A stretch of 64,000 bases of DNA, taken from assembly GCF_030144855.1 (NCBI RefSeq), contig NC_082731.1:22816001-22880000 (forward strand), given 5' to 3'. The stretch's first letter is position 1. Each line of letters starts with the position of its first letter. Shown here in pieces: positions 1 through 12,312 of this stretch. The DNA is from Hypanus sabinus. Taxonomy: Eukaryota. The notes beneath the pieces are model-generated. The model did no database searches. It was not told the DNA's origin and worked only from the letters and a program-made list of their open reading frames with translations. The translations under genes were made by a program, and so were the position numbers.

Positions 1-2039
1 TGAAAGCATATAACATGGCGTCTTTTTAAAACGTCATAGATCGGAATATGACTATTGGGGAACGCGTTTTCCATTGCAGAGAAGGAGGACTTGTAATCCA
101 GGAGTTAAGTGAAACATCGTAATAAGAAATTATAACAACTGTTAGAAGAACACAAACGTGGTTAATGCCGATTAGCAATATTTAATGCAAAGTTCACCCT
201 TTCTATTTGCATTTTTAAGCATTTGTGTTCTCTACGCTGTTTGTATTTTTGTTTTAAAGCAAGAAGTAATTTTTTTGCAGAGTTCATTGTGTACATTCAT
301 TTGAACTTTTTTTTTTGAATTCGCTCTCATCTCTTGTCGTTGTTCTGTATTTCCAGATGCATGATGGCTGGGTAAATATGGCCCTTCCATATTTAGTCTC
401 AAAGATCTTCTTGAATGTATCAAATCCCGTTTCATGTCCGGGTGGAAATGTAATTATTCCGAAGCAGGGGAGTTCCATTCCATCCAATGTTCGCATTATA
501 CAGTTGTACATTCTGATTTTCCGCTCCAACGGACGAAAATACTCAAATTTCCTAAAATTGCAATATTACGACAATGTTCTTAAATCTTGTTTGTTGGACT
601 GTCTCAAAAAAATGTCTTAGTTTAAATGCACTGGAAATGAATATTGACGAAAATGTTCAGCGAATGGTCGTATCATATCTGCTCGATTCTTAAATAAAAT
701 TAAGGCCCATGCGATCTTCTCACTAAATCCCTCTCTACTTCTTGACCGATTTGAAGCAAAAATGAATATCCAAATCACACTGAATATATATTATTAACGT
801 CTGTGCCTCCACAGGTCTCTGTCGTAAATAGTCAGTCCAATGGATGAGAAAGTTCTTGCTCATTAACGTTTTCGAAACAAAACTTCTACCCTTTGTTAAA
901 AGTAATATTTCCCACAGAACAAGATGCCACAATGAGAACAAACACAATCCAGCAAGTTCAACGACTAGAACAACGTAAAAACGCAAATCAGTATGTTTCA
1001 GCAAATTCTTGTTATATATATTTATCTTTTTTTACGGGCGATGTCGATGTTTCTCTATTCTCTTCCAATTCAGATCAATGCTTCGTCATTTTTTCGTTAT
1101 TTGGTTTTTGCTGCTGTTTGAGTAGTAGTGCTTTGATGTCCAAATCTTAGCCGAAATGCAAGCACAGGAACATGGAAACTTAAAAAGCATGCAGTAAAAT
1201 ACAGGCCATTCGGCCCACAGATTTGTGCTGAACCTACCTTAGAAATTGCTAGCGTTACCGGTAGCCCTTTATTTTACTAAGCCCCTTGTACCTATCCAAA
1301 AGCCTCTATCCCCTCCGCATTCACCACCGTTGCCGGCAGCCTATTCAACACACTCATCAATTTCTACGTAAGAAACTTACCACTGATATATCTTGTGAAC
1401 CCACCGACAAGCACCTAAACCTGTGCCCTCTTGTGGCCTCACTAGTCCGTGTCTCTGTTTCTGCAATGAACATTGAAACATACAACGACTGTGTTTCATG
1501 CAGTACATATTCAGCAATTCAAAAAAAAAATAGCACTCAGCAGGCTGGCAGTGATATCTGAAGCAAGATCTCAATATAGGATGTGTTTTGTATTTAGCAT
1601 TTGATGTAACTGTTGTACCGCTGCGCTCGCTCTCTCTCTCTCTCTCCGCTCCTTTCTTGCCGTTCTTTTCTCTTCCTCTCTCGTTCTGTATCGCTCGGTA
1701 TGGACGCAATCTACTTGTACTTGCAGATAAAGTTAGAAACATAGAAATCCTACAGCAAAATGCAAGCCCTTCCACCCGCAATGTAGTGCCGAACAGGTCG
1801 TACTTCACCAATTATCTAGGGTTATCTATAGCCCTATATTTTTCGAAGTTCCGTATACCTATCCATGAGCCTCTTAAAATACACTGTCGTCTTTTTGCGA
1901 CTGGCAGCAAATTTATTTCCATATCTCGCATTAAAGTGCAAGAGTTGTTGAATTACTTTATTCGATAATCCTGCTCCATAGTTTCCTTGGCAGGAAAACA
2001 TATTTTATGTCACTGTTGACAAAACTTCCAGGAAAACAG

Positions 2040-3105
2040 ATTCAGCACATAAACTTTTTAAGTTGAAATGACTTTACGTTTACCTCCTTCACATGCATGA
2101 GGAGTAAACATCTTTACTTTATGTCTTTGTTTCAATATGTAATCACAGCAATTCATAATAATTTATAATCAATCGAACAGTGAAGGTGGAATGTAAATAC
2201 GCTCGTCATCGTGAGTTAATCAGTCTGAGGGGCTGGTGGAAGAAGCTGCCGCTGAGCCTGTTGATCCTGGGTTTTATGCCGGATGGTATCAGCCGGAGTA
2301 GATTGTTTTTGGTGTGACTCGATGATTATGGTTCGGGTCCTATATCACATCTCTCTTTGTAATTTACAGTCCGAATCATCGGACGTTCACAGCTGCTGAT
2401 TTTCTGTGTTTTCCGCTGCATCTCTCGGCAGAATTCTGCGATTATGGGAAGGGCAGTTCTCCTGCTAGGCAGTGATGCAGCTCTCAGAAGTGCTCCTGTA
2501 GAAAGTTCTCAGTACTTGGGGCCCATACAAAACAACCTCCCCCGTCTGAAGGGACGATGACTTCTTACCTCTAGGGCAGTTACTTCCCTCTAGTTATTTA
2601 TTGAGATTTGGGACAGTCAGTGTAGTATCGTCCGCAAGTTTAGTCAGCAGATTAGAGCTCTGGGTGGCGACAAATTCATGGGTACACTGGGAGTAAAGGA
2701 GGACACTTAGTACACAGCCCTGAAGGGCACCTGTGTGGAGAGTCAGACGGGTTGAGGTTCGAGATCACACTCTTATCATCTGCCGGCGATCTGACAGGAG
2801 CAAAAGACTGACAGACGTACTTTATTGATCCCGAGTGAAAAAGGGTTTCACTACAGCCGCACCAACCAAGAATGGTGAAGAAATATAGCAATATAAAACC
2901 AGAAAATGATTAATTTGTATAATTTAATCATACCAAGTGGAAATAAGGCCTCGATAAGATATTGACACAGGGTATCTGACACTCCGAGGGAGCAGTTGTA
3001 AAGTTTGATGACCACAGGTAGGAACGACTTCCTATGACGCTCGGTGTTACATCTCAGTGCAATGTGTCTCTGGCTGAATGTACTCCTATGCCTAACCAGT
3101 ACCGC
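2040..3105 (-). mobile_element. Rex1/Babar-like LINE fragments (inverted paralog of 38130-38900 plus a second 3' piece)
   Basis: 2040-2800 is the reverse complement of 38135-38905. 2930-3105 encodes RCNTERHRKSFLPVVIKLYN on minus, a typical Rex1 C-terminus. Confidence 0.72.
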
Positions 3106-3109
3106 TACT

Positions 3110-4720
3110 TCGCCCGCCCCAAAAGTTTTCCAGCATCGCCCCGCACGGAGCGAATCCGTGCTTGTGTTACAGAGGTGGAGGTAGAAACTGAAGAAGAGCA
3201 GCCCGTGAGACAAATGCAACTAGCGCCGCGCCGACCCGCCTTTGTCCACGAAAGGATCGTTGCTACCAGTGCGGTTACGCAGATCATTTCGTCCGGGAAT
3301 GTCCCGCACCGGCACAACGCCACAGTTCAGAGCAGCCATTGGGGAATGTCGAGCGGAAAGAGCGGCCCGAGTGCTGCAGCAGAACCTCTCCGTTGTTATC
3401 CGTTTGAGTGTGGAGAAAGGATTAGACGTGGACTGCATGAGGTTGGGCATCAAATGCTGTACGTTGGTGGACTCTGGGTCAACCATCAGCATGATTCGTT
3501 CAAGGACAAGCTATCCCGCCTGGGTGGACAACGACGGCATTCCAGCTTTTGCGGCCATCGGTAACAATCCGCCATTGAGAAAGAAGAGCGGGTTTCGCAT
3601 CGCAGTGTAGAAAAACGCACTGGTGCACGAGGTGTGTTTCGCCAGCATTTAAGAGTCCTGAATCCTTGGTCTGGACCTGCTGTACCGCTGGGCGACCCAT
3701 GTGGATGCCACACTCTTCCTGGTACTAAATGCGTGGCATTCCAGCAGGGCAGCTCCAGGAATCCGTCCCACCGGGGGACGCATCCAACGCCAGTTTCATA
3801 GCAGCCCGTGGTAGTGCAGCACACCCGGGAGCGGCCCAGTGGACGCGGCTGAAACACGGGCAAGCAGCGTTCATAGCGTTTCAGGAGACAACCCGCGACG
3901 ACTTCGACATCATTGACCAGCTGTTGTGCAGCGGACAGGAGGGCAATCCACTGTTGGCCCACCTGAGGGGATGGCTGAGTGTAGGACGCCCTGTATACAG
4001 AAACCAAAGCTCTATACTGTACTCGCAGTAGGGAACGCTGGAGGTCCACGACGGGCTTTTCATTAGCCGGTAGCATTTGTCCGATGGTGACAGACCCTTA
4101 CAGCTGATGATCCCCAGCGGTCTCCGTACCACAGTGCTGCGGTCGGTCCATGGGCTGCTGGTTGCTGTTCATATCGGAGTTGCAAAGATGCTGGGCTGTC
4201 TGCGTGAACGTTTCTACTGGCCTGGGTAATGTTTGTGCACTGGCGCGGCTCTTGCAAGTCCCAGAAAGTGCTGGAACGCCAGTGTAGGGTGTCAATCAAT
4301 CAGTACATCTTCGAGGCCGCATAATGGGTTACAGACCTTCCCGGAAGAAGTGACTATCTTCCAGGCTTGGAAGCCACTGGAAGCCACCGGGAGAGGTACT
4401 TGACAGCATCTACAACGAGTTAAATAAGCTGCGGTGGCCTGAGATGTGGAAGGCATTCTTGTTGCACCGGGACTGCCTGGCATCGAGTTAGACATTGGCC
4501 ACCACTAACCCCGTGAGGCTGAAGGAAGGAAGTGACACTCGAAATGTCCTGCCTCTTGCCTCACACAAACAGGCAGCAGTGTCATCGCCCTTCGGAACAA
4601 TTACTCCTTGCTTTTGACTCTGTGCTTGCCGGGGAGAGTTGACCACTTGCTTGGGAACAGTGTGACTTACCGGATGGGAGCGCGGTGGACTGCCTGACCC
4701 AGAATTTCTAATGACCAATA
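3110..4720 (+). mobile_element. Paralogous Gypsy relic in copy A (gag deleted)
   Basis: Protease CCTLVDSGSTISMIR; integrase HGLLVAVHIGVAKMLGCLRERFYWPG; collinear with 40245-41790. Confidence 0.75.
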
Positions 4721-7700
4721 CTGTTTATTCTTCTTCTGTTAAGATGATTTTTCTGTGATTATGATGGGAACATTTCCTTTTCTACATTTTAGCTGTGGTG
4801 ATACTGTTATTTGCTTGTGTATTTGTTCGTCGCCCTAACTTCAAACGGAGTGTATGATGGTCACCTACCCCGTCGGCGTGAGGTGATGACTACTCTGTTT
4901 GTATCTATCGCAATAAAACGTTCGTTGAGTTTTAGATCTTCCTTTTTTGTCATTATTGACCAAATGCTGGCCACAATATTACATTTTGAAGATGGAAACC
5001 AGTTTGCAGTTTGGTTTGTTAAATATGTGACCTCGACTTTCAGCAGAATCGATTCTTCGAATGAATACTTGTAATTGCTTATCTTATAAGAATTAGATCC
5101 AAGGACATGAGACATGAAAAGTTGTTTCATAATATAATGTTGTGCAGAAACAGAATTTTCAATATTGGGGTATGGTACTGGGTATATTTTATCACAAAGG
5201 AACTGGATGTGTATATAGTCTGTCTATTTTTTTTTCTCCATTCATAAGGGCACCCGAACAGACTTTGCTTCTGAAATCGATTTGTACAGCCATAATATTA
5301 AGTGTGCTCACTGTATTATTTGGAGGTCGAAAACCATTGTCGGAGCCTCCACTGAATAAAGAGCCCTGCACCTCAATATTCCTGTCTATTTTAATTGCGC
5401 TTCAATAGCATCAAATTTCCTCTGCAGGTTAATGTCCCAAACAATTCTGTGACGATCTGCGATCCCTTTAGATACGGGATACTAACGAACATCGGAGAAG
5501 TTTTGAAATGGATTTTAAAATACAGTATTAGCTTTTTTTCATTAAATTGGAAGAAGTGGCCAAAATGCAAAGCCACCAAAACCTAAACCTGAAATGGAAA
5601 ACTAATAACACAAAAATCGTTGTAGATCCTTCTCACCCCCTTACTTTATTTCCCCTTGAGTGATTCTATCCTAAAATTCAACATGACGGGTTGCTAGATA
5701 TTCCTGCTATGGAAATAGCAATGATTGACACGGCCGCTGAGCGACATAGGGTACGGCAGCTGCGACGACAAATGCCATTGTCTCAGCTCTATTTCGTGAA
5801 CTAACTGCTCTCATTTGAACATGTTTCCCCATTTGGTGCCTCGTGTACAAGGAAGGCTTCCTCTCCGGTGGAAGAAGAGCAGTCACATCCTATGGACATT
5901 AAACCGGTGTTGTGGTGCACACCTGGTCACAGACCAAGATAATACAGTGTTCTGAGCAGCAGCAGGGCATTGCGATTCCCGTATAGAATGGGTGGTACAT
6001 GATGGTACTACGATTCACAGTAAACGGAGAGCAAATAGTATGGAATGCAGATGGAGGCGAACAGAACGTTAGTATGCAGACACACATGATTAGAACAGAC
6101 CAAGGAAACCATCATCGCTGGCCCAAACAGCAAATTGATTTTGTGGACGTCACGAGATTAAAACGAAAACGGGTGAGAGCGTTATACATCAGATTTTCCG
6201 TTTTAAGCAAGCGTGGGAAATAATGCAAACAGGCAACTGGAACAGATTGGACCTTTCGTGATTTATTTTATTTATCAATGCCCGAATACGCTGATTTGTA
6301 TTGATGTTGAAAACAAGGAAAAGCCAAAGAATATGCCGGTCAGCTTTTTAATCTTTGCTTTCAGTGATTTTTTTTTAGATCTGAAGGGATCGCCGCTGAA
6401 AAACAGCTTTTCCTTTCTCGATTACTTCCTGGAGGGGCACTACACCGTATCTCCTGTATCCCTGGGAATAAAGAGCACTGTGACAGTAAGTATTTATGTC
6501 AGTTTGTGAGAAGGTTGAAATAGCAATCTAAATAGCGATCTAGGTCCTTACGCAGGAGGACAGTCAACAGCTATGCGCCTTTACGTTCAATGAGCAATAA
6601 TACTCCTGGACGAGAGTGCCTCAGAGCTATACTGACCGTCCAGCCAAATATGTAGCAACCGTAGACGTCACTGCTGCCAGCCACACGTGCCATTTTATAA
6701 TATGTTTCTACGTATATGACGCAACCAGTCTTCTAATCGTTCATCCATTAGCCGAAACTGAATTATAACTGATAAATCGTCTGAAGAATCTCTATTTTAG
6801 ACACAATATTGCCCATTCCAAATGCCGACATTCCGGATGACTCGTGGATTGTGCAAGATGCGCGAGATTTCAGCAAGATAGCACAGTCCATTTCTCCGGT
6901 TAAAGCGACGATAAATGCCATTTTGTCCGTTCTGCCCTCAGAAACTCGATGAAGCACGATGAATCATCTCAAATCCAACTTGTTCTAAGACCTTTCGCAC
7001 AAGAATAGACAATACCATTGCGCCTTTACATATTATGAGCAATAATGTATCTGGCAGAAATTGTTTCAGAGCACAACAGAACAGCCATCGATGTGTGCAG
7101 CTGCCATACTCTTCACTGCTGACAGTCACACGTATCATTTTATACTACTCCTCTACGGAAATGACGCACACCGTCCTTTTCTCATCCATCCATACTGATG
7201 AAGATCAAACTACCTGCTTTTTCACACCGAGTACTCTCTTCAGTTAACTGATTATTCAACTGTAGCCAGTGATCAGAACATGTCGTCGGTGTGGAGCCCA
7301 GCTTTCATGGAGTATTTCTGCGCTAACTACTCCACTCTCTAGTTGGTGGGTGACTAAGACACTGCCCAGGAAGTCCTCACTTCAAGGATCACAACTCTCG
7401 CCTGCACTATATCCAGAAAACGACTCTTTCTGATTCCTCTCCCAGTAATGTGAGCTACTGATTCTTGGTCTTTTCTTTAAGGTCCAGCGCAGACAGAAAC
7501 ATCCGAGCTGATTTGTGGTGGAAACTCTGCAGCTGATACCCACGGGGAATAGACATGTTTGACACTCTTTGTCCGTACGCTCACGCACTGGTACTTCATG
7601 GCCTTTATCTTGTGAGCCACAACGCATCATACCACCCGTTGTACTGTGATCTCTGCGAGGATGTTTTTTGCTTGGTTTTGCCTTTGTTTTTGTTGCATTT

Positions 7701-8606
7701 TGTAGTCGGTCGTGAGATTACTGCTTTGTAATAACTCAGTGAAATGCAGCTTCCTCGCCACATCAACCTTCATTTACTAGCCTGTAGCAGTTTGCAGCAG
7801 ATTAGTTTTAAGCATTTTTATGGCACTGGCGTTGCCTCTCTTTGAAGAAAATGAGTGCGTTGTTTCCCCTTTACGGCATCTGGTCTCTTTTTACACCTCT
7901 GTCGTTACAGTCTGTCAGGATGGGACTGCGTGACTTTATCCTGGTGCTACCGATACTCTGTTGTGTTAAAGCTGTTTTGCATCTTCAGATGCCTTGCGTC
8001 TGTGTATCCCGCAGACTCCAACGCTGGCAGTTGTGGTTCTCTGTCATGACATTGCAGTCAACTGAATATTGTCGGGAGACTGTTACAAACTGACAGCATG
8101 CCTAAAATAAAGGCGATGTGTCCAGTCCGCAACTCAGTCCAAGTAATCTTACGATTGATAGATTCCCGTTTCGTCCAGACGTCCAGTGAGCCCATTACTA
8201 ATATCCTTGATAAAAGTTTTTCGTCGTCGCTTTTTCCTACCTCTGCCTGAGCCATGCCACACCTATTTCGTGCACTTGCACTCGTCTATCCAGGAAATTA
8301 TTGGTAGTCGGGGTACTATCGTCTCCAGAATATTTGCTAATGACGCAACCCAATTAATGAACTGTCACTGCCTTTCCTGTAGTCGAGTTGACGGTCCACT
8401 TACGGCCCGATCTTTTTGTAACTCTCGCTTGGTTTATTTGCTTGTCATTGGAGTTCCCTACTGCTAACACAGCTCCACACATTGTAGCTTGAACAACTGC
8501 ACTACTGATTAAAACAGGGGCTGTAGTTTGCCTGTTCATATGTGGCGACCCACGGAAGAGAAATGTTAGGAGAATCTCCAGCCGACTCCGCAAGTGCTTG
8601 CTGACT

Positions 8607-10413
8607 TGATAAGAAAAAATAAGACACGAAGGTAAACTAGCCAAGAGTATAAAGGAGGATAGTAAAAGCTTCTTTAGAGATGTGAATAGCAAAAAAATAG
8701 TTAAGACTAAAATTGGACAATTGAAGACAGAAACGCGTGAATTTATTATGGGGAACAAGGAAATGGCTAATGAGTTGAACAAGTAATTTGGATCTGTCTT
8801 CACCAGGAAAGAAGCAAACAATCTCCCAGATGTAATAGTTGTCAAAGGAACTAGTGTAAAGGATGAACTGAAGGAAATTTTTATTAGGAAAGAAACGGTG
8901 TTGGATAGACTGTTGAGTCTGTAGTCCCCGGGACCAGGTGGTCTGCATCCCAGGGCACATAAAGGGGTGGCTGTAAAAATCGTGGAAGCATTGGTAATAA
9001 TTTTGCAATGTTCTGTAGATTCAGGAACAATTCCTTCTGACTGGAAGGTGGCTAATGTTGTCCCATTTTCAAAAAAAGAGTGAGAGAGAAAACAGGGAAT
9101 TATAGACCGGTTAGCCTGTTGCCAGCGCTGGGAAAGATGCTGGAGTCAGTAATAAAAGATGAAATTACGACACAATGAAAATGGACAATGGAGAACCAGT
9201 GGATGTAGAGTAACTGGACATCCAGAAAGCTTTTAATAAAGTCCCACACAGGAGACTAGTGCGCAGAATTAGGGCGCATGGTATTGGGGGCAGAGTGCTG
9301 ACATGGATTGAAAATTGGCTGGCTGAAAGGAAACAAAGTGTAGCGATTAATGGTTCCCTTTCGGAATGGCAGGCTGTGACCGGTGGGGTACCGCAAGTTT
9401 CGGTGCTGGGACCGCAGCTGTTTACAATATATATTATTGATTTTGATGAATGGATTAACAGTAACATTAGCAAATTTCCTGAGGACACAAAGCTGAGTGG
9501 CAGTGTGAAATATCAGGAAGATGCTATGAGAATCCAGGGTGACTTGGACAGGGTGGGTGAGTGGGCAAATGTGTGACAGATGCAGTTCATTCTGGATAAA
9601 TGTGAGGTTATTCACTTTGGTGGCAAAAAACAGGAAGGTAGATTACTATCTAAATGGAGTCAATTTAGGAAAAGGGGAAGAGCAAAGTTATCTAGGTGTT
9701 CTTGTACATCAGTCAATGAAAGCAAGCTTACAGGCACAGCAGGCAGTGAAGAAAGCTGATGGCATGCTGGCGTTTATAACAAGGGGAATTAAGTATAGGT
9801 GTAACTAGGTCCCTCTGCAGCTGTACAGGGCCCTGGTGAGACCCCACCTCGAGTATTCTGTGCAGTTTTGGTCTCCAAATTTGAGGAAGGACATTCTTGC
9901 TATTGCTGGAGTGCAGCGTAGGTTCACACGGTTAGTTCCCGGAATGGCGGAACTGTCATATGTTGAAAGATTGAAGTGACTGGGCTTGTATACTCTGGAA
10001 TATAGAAGGATGAGAGGGGATCTGATTGAGACATGTAAGATTATTAACTGATTGGGCACGCTGAAGGCAGGAAGCATTTTCCCGCTGATGGGTGAGTCCA
10101 GAACTACAGGCCACAGTTTAAGAATAAGGGGTAGGACATTTAGAGCTGATATGTGGAAAAACATCTTGACCCAGAGAGTGGTGGATATGTGGAATGATCT
10201 GCCCCAGAAGGTAGTGGAAGCCAGGTCTCTGGCTGCATTCAAGAGAGAGTTAGATAGAGCTCTTATAGATAGCGGATTCAAGGGATATGGGGAAAGGGCA
10301 GGAACGGAGTATTGATTGTGTATGTTCAGCCATGATCACAGTAAAAGGCTTTGCTGGCTAGAAGGGCCGAATGGCCTACTCCTGCACCTATTGTTTATTA
10401 TATGTTGTCTATT
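8607..10413 (+). mobile_element. CR1 LINE, 5'-truncated, specific to copy A
   Basis: RT motifs GVPQVSVLGPQLFTIYI, SKFPEDTKL, LVRPHLEYSVQFWSP, and a CR1 3' UTR with tail. Absent at the paralogous site (about 46136-46144). Confidence 0.9.
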
Positions 10414-12312
10414 GATGCATTCTAAAGTGATCCCGGGGATCTCGTACAAATTCAAAAGCCAGAGCACTCATGGAGTAGATCATATAGTTAGGCATCCTTT
10501 AAGTTTACCAGTCAGTCCAGTTTTGTCGATCTTCTGCAGCAACTGTGCGGTCTGCGTTAGTGTGTCCGTGATGTTGACACTGACTGGGAATGCTGTATTA
10601 AACCGCTATCCAAGAGATTTCTCTGGTTGTCCTCATTCGAAGAAAAGGCTCTTCTTCGTACTTGAAGACACAACATGCTAGTAGCCTAGCCGTTTTTGAT
10701 CACAATGTATCTGGACTTCATGACTAAGCAGGTAGCTACCTTGTCACCCCAGCACTACTAGCTACGTTGTCCAGGGTTTTCAATAACTATTTTGCGTGGA
10801 CATAGGTTGCTGTGGTTACTGTGATGTCATCTGTGAACCCCCATATGCTGGGCTCCAAGAGAGGGTCTCAGATTTTGACTGATACTGCTAATATGAGGAG
10901 ATACAAAGCAAGTAACATCAAGATGGCGGAGATGGTGCGGCCGATTGGAGTCCATTTTCGAGTTCTTCCCACCTGAATATAAGGTTGGCAGAAGTGAAGT
11001 TGAATTCTCCTAGGTAACTGATAATCATATCCTGCCTTACTGATCTGATATAGTAGTGAACCAGACCAGTCTAGATGAGGATTTGTAGTATTGAACCGTC
11101 GGAGTTGGCAAGGTGTCACGAGATAACTGCAAGGTTACCTTCCCTTTGCCTCACCTGGCGAAGCAATTGGCTGATTGTCGAGATGTCTTCAAGAAGCACT
11201 GAACAAAATCCGGATGTCAACTTTCTGGGTGGAGGTGCTGAAATGGTGCCTCACAAGTGAGGGAATTTCGTTACTGGAAAACAATGAGACGAAAATAAAT
11301 TGTCGGCACACGTAATGAGTTTTGAAATGCAGCAGGTAGTATTTTAATCAATGAACACAAGTTGTCAAAATGCACTAGCCACCAAAACCTAAACCTGAGA
11401 TGGAGTAGTAAGAATACCGAAATAGAAGTAAGATGCCAACCTTCTGGCAGAGATCCAGAAGAAATCCTGGGGAGGAAGATTGCGATAAAAGTGATGATGG
11501 GAAAGGGATACTTTTCCTAGGGGACAAGGCATCCTTATAGAGATTTTCCAGCTTAGTGCGATAGAGCATTTCGTTCACACTTCCTCCATTTTTTTTTCAA
11601 CAAACTCCGCAGTCGATTTAAAATGTTCTTATATAAGGTAGCGTCCAATGCACGGTCGACAGGCTGCTGTTGACTTTGCTGTCTTGCTGATATTTTGGAC
11701 ATCCTTCTCGTCGGCTCAGCCCCACTCAGCACTGTTGCTGGCAATTGTGTTAGCGGAATTTCTGGATTGAATTTTCGTACCTGATTCCTTCTGCGATCGT
11801 TTTTGACATCCGCTCTAAACTTTTACACTGCGGGGATTCCTTTTTTTTTATAGGAAGTTATTCCTTCCACACACTCTACAAGCAACAGTCCTACTGTCGA
11901 CTGTGTCGTACTTGGTGCTGTGGCTCAGATATGGTTCGTATAGCTGTTCGCATGAGGTCGTATTCCATTGGTTTAATATTCATTGATTCGCGTTATCAGC
12001 TGCACAGCATCACATACAGAATTGAAGTTAGCGTAGAGTGCAAGTCCAGGAGGGCGGAGCATACGTTTATGTGAAGGTCACGTTTTCCTATACCGAGTTG
12101 GAAATTGTCATCAACAGTCGCTAACGATTGAATAGCTGTTACAGCAATCATTGACATACCATCATTCCTAGGAGCACTGTTCAATGCTCTTTGACTTCCT
12201 AGAGGGAAGCAGATTAAGAAAAACGGCTTGAACCGGATTTCTCCAGATGTCAGGAAATCATTCTGGATAAGTACACTAAAGATCAATTCACAGAACTGAA
12301 TATAAGTCGAGA

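Noticed and set aside
4130-4136. Perfect heptamer CACAGTG
   Set aside because: Inside the Gypsy integrase, no nonamer at 12 or 23 nt spacing, and not conserved in copy B.
5450-5500. Penelope-like FVSIPYLKGS motif
   Set aside because: No downstream GIY-YIG motif or RT motifs recognisable; kept only as part of the unassigned region.
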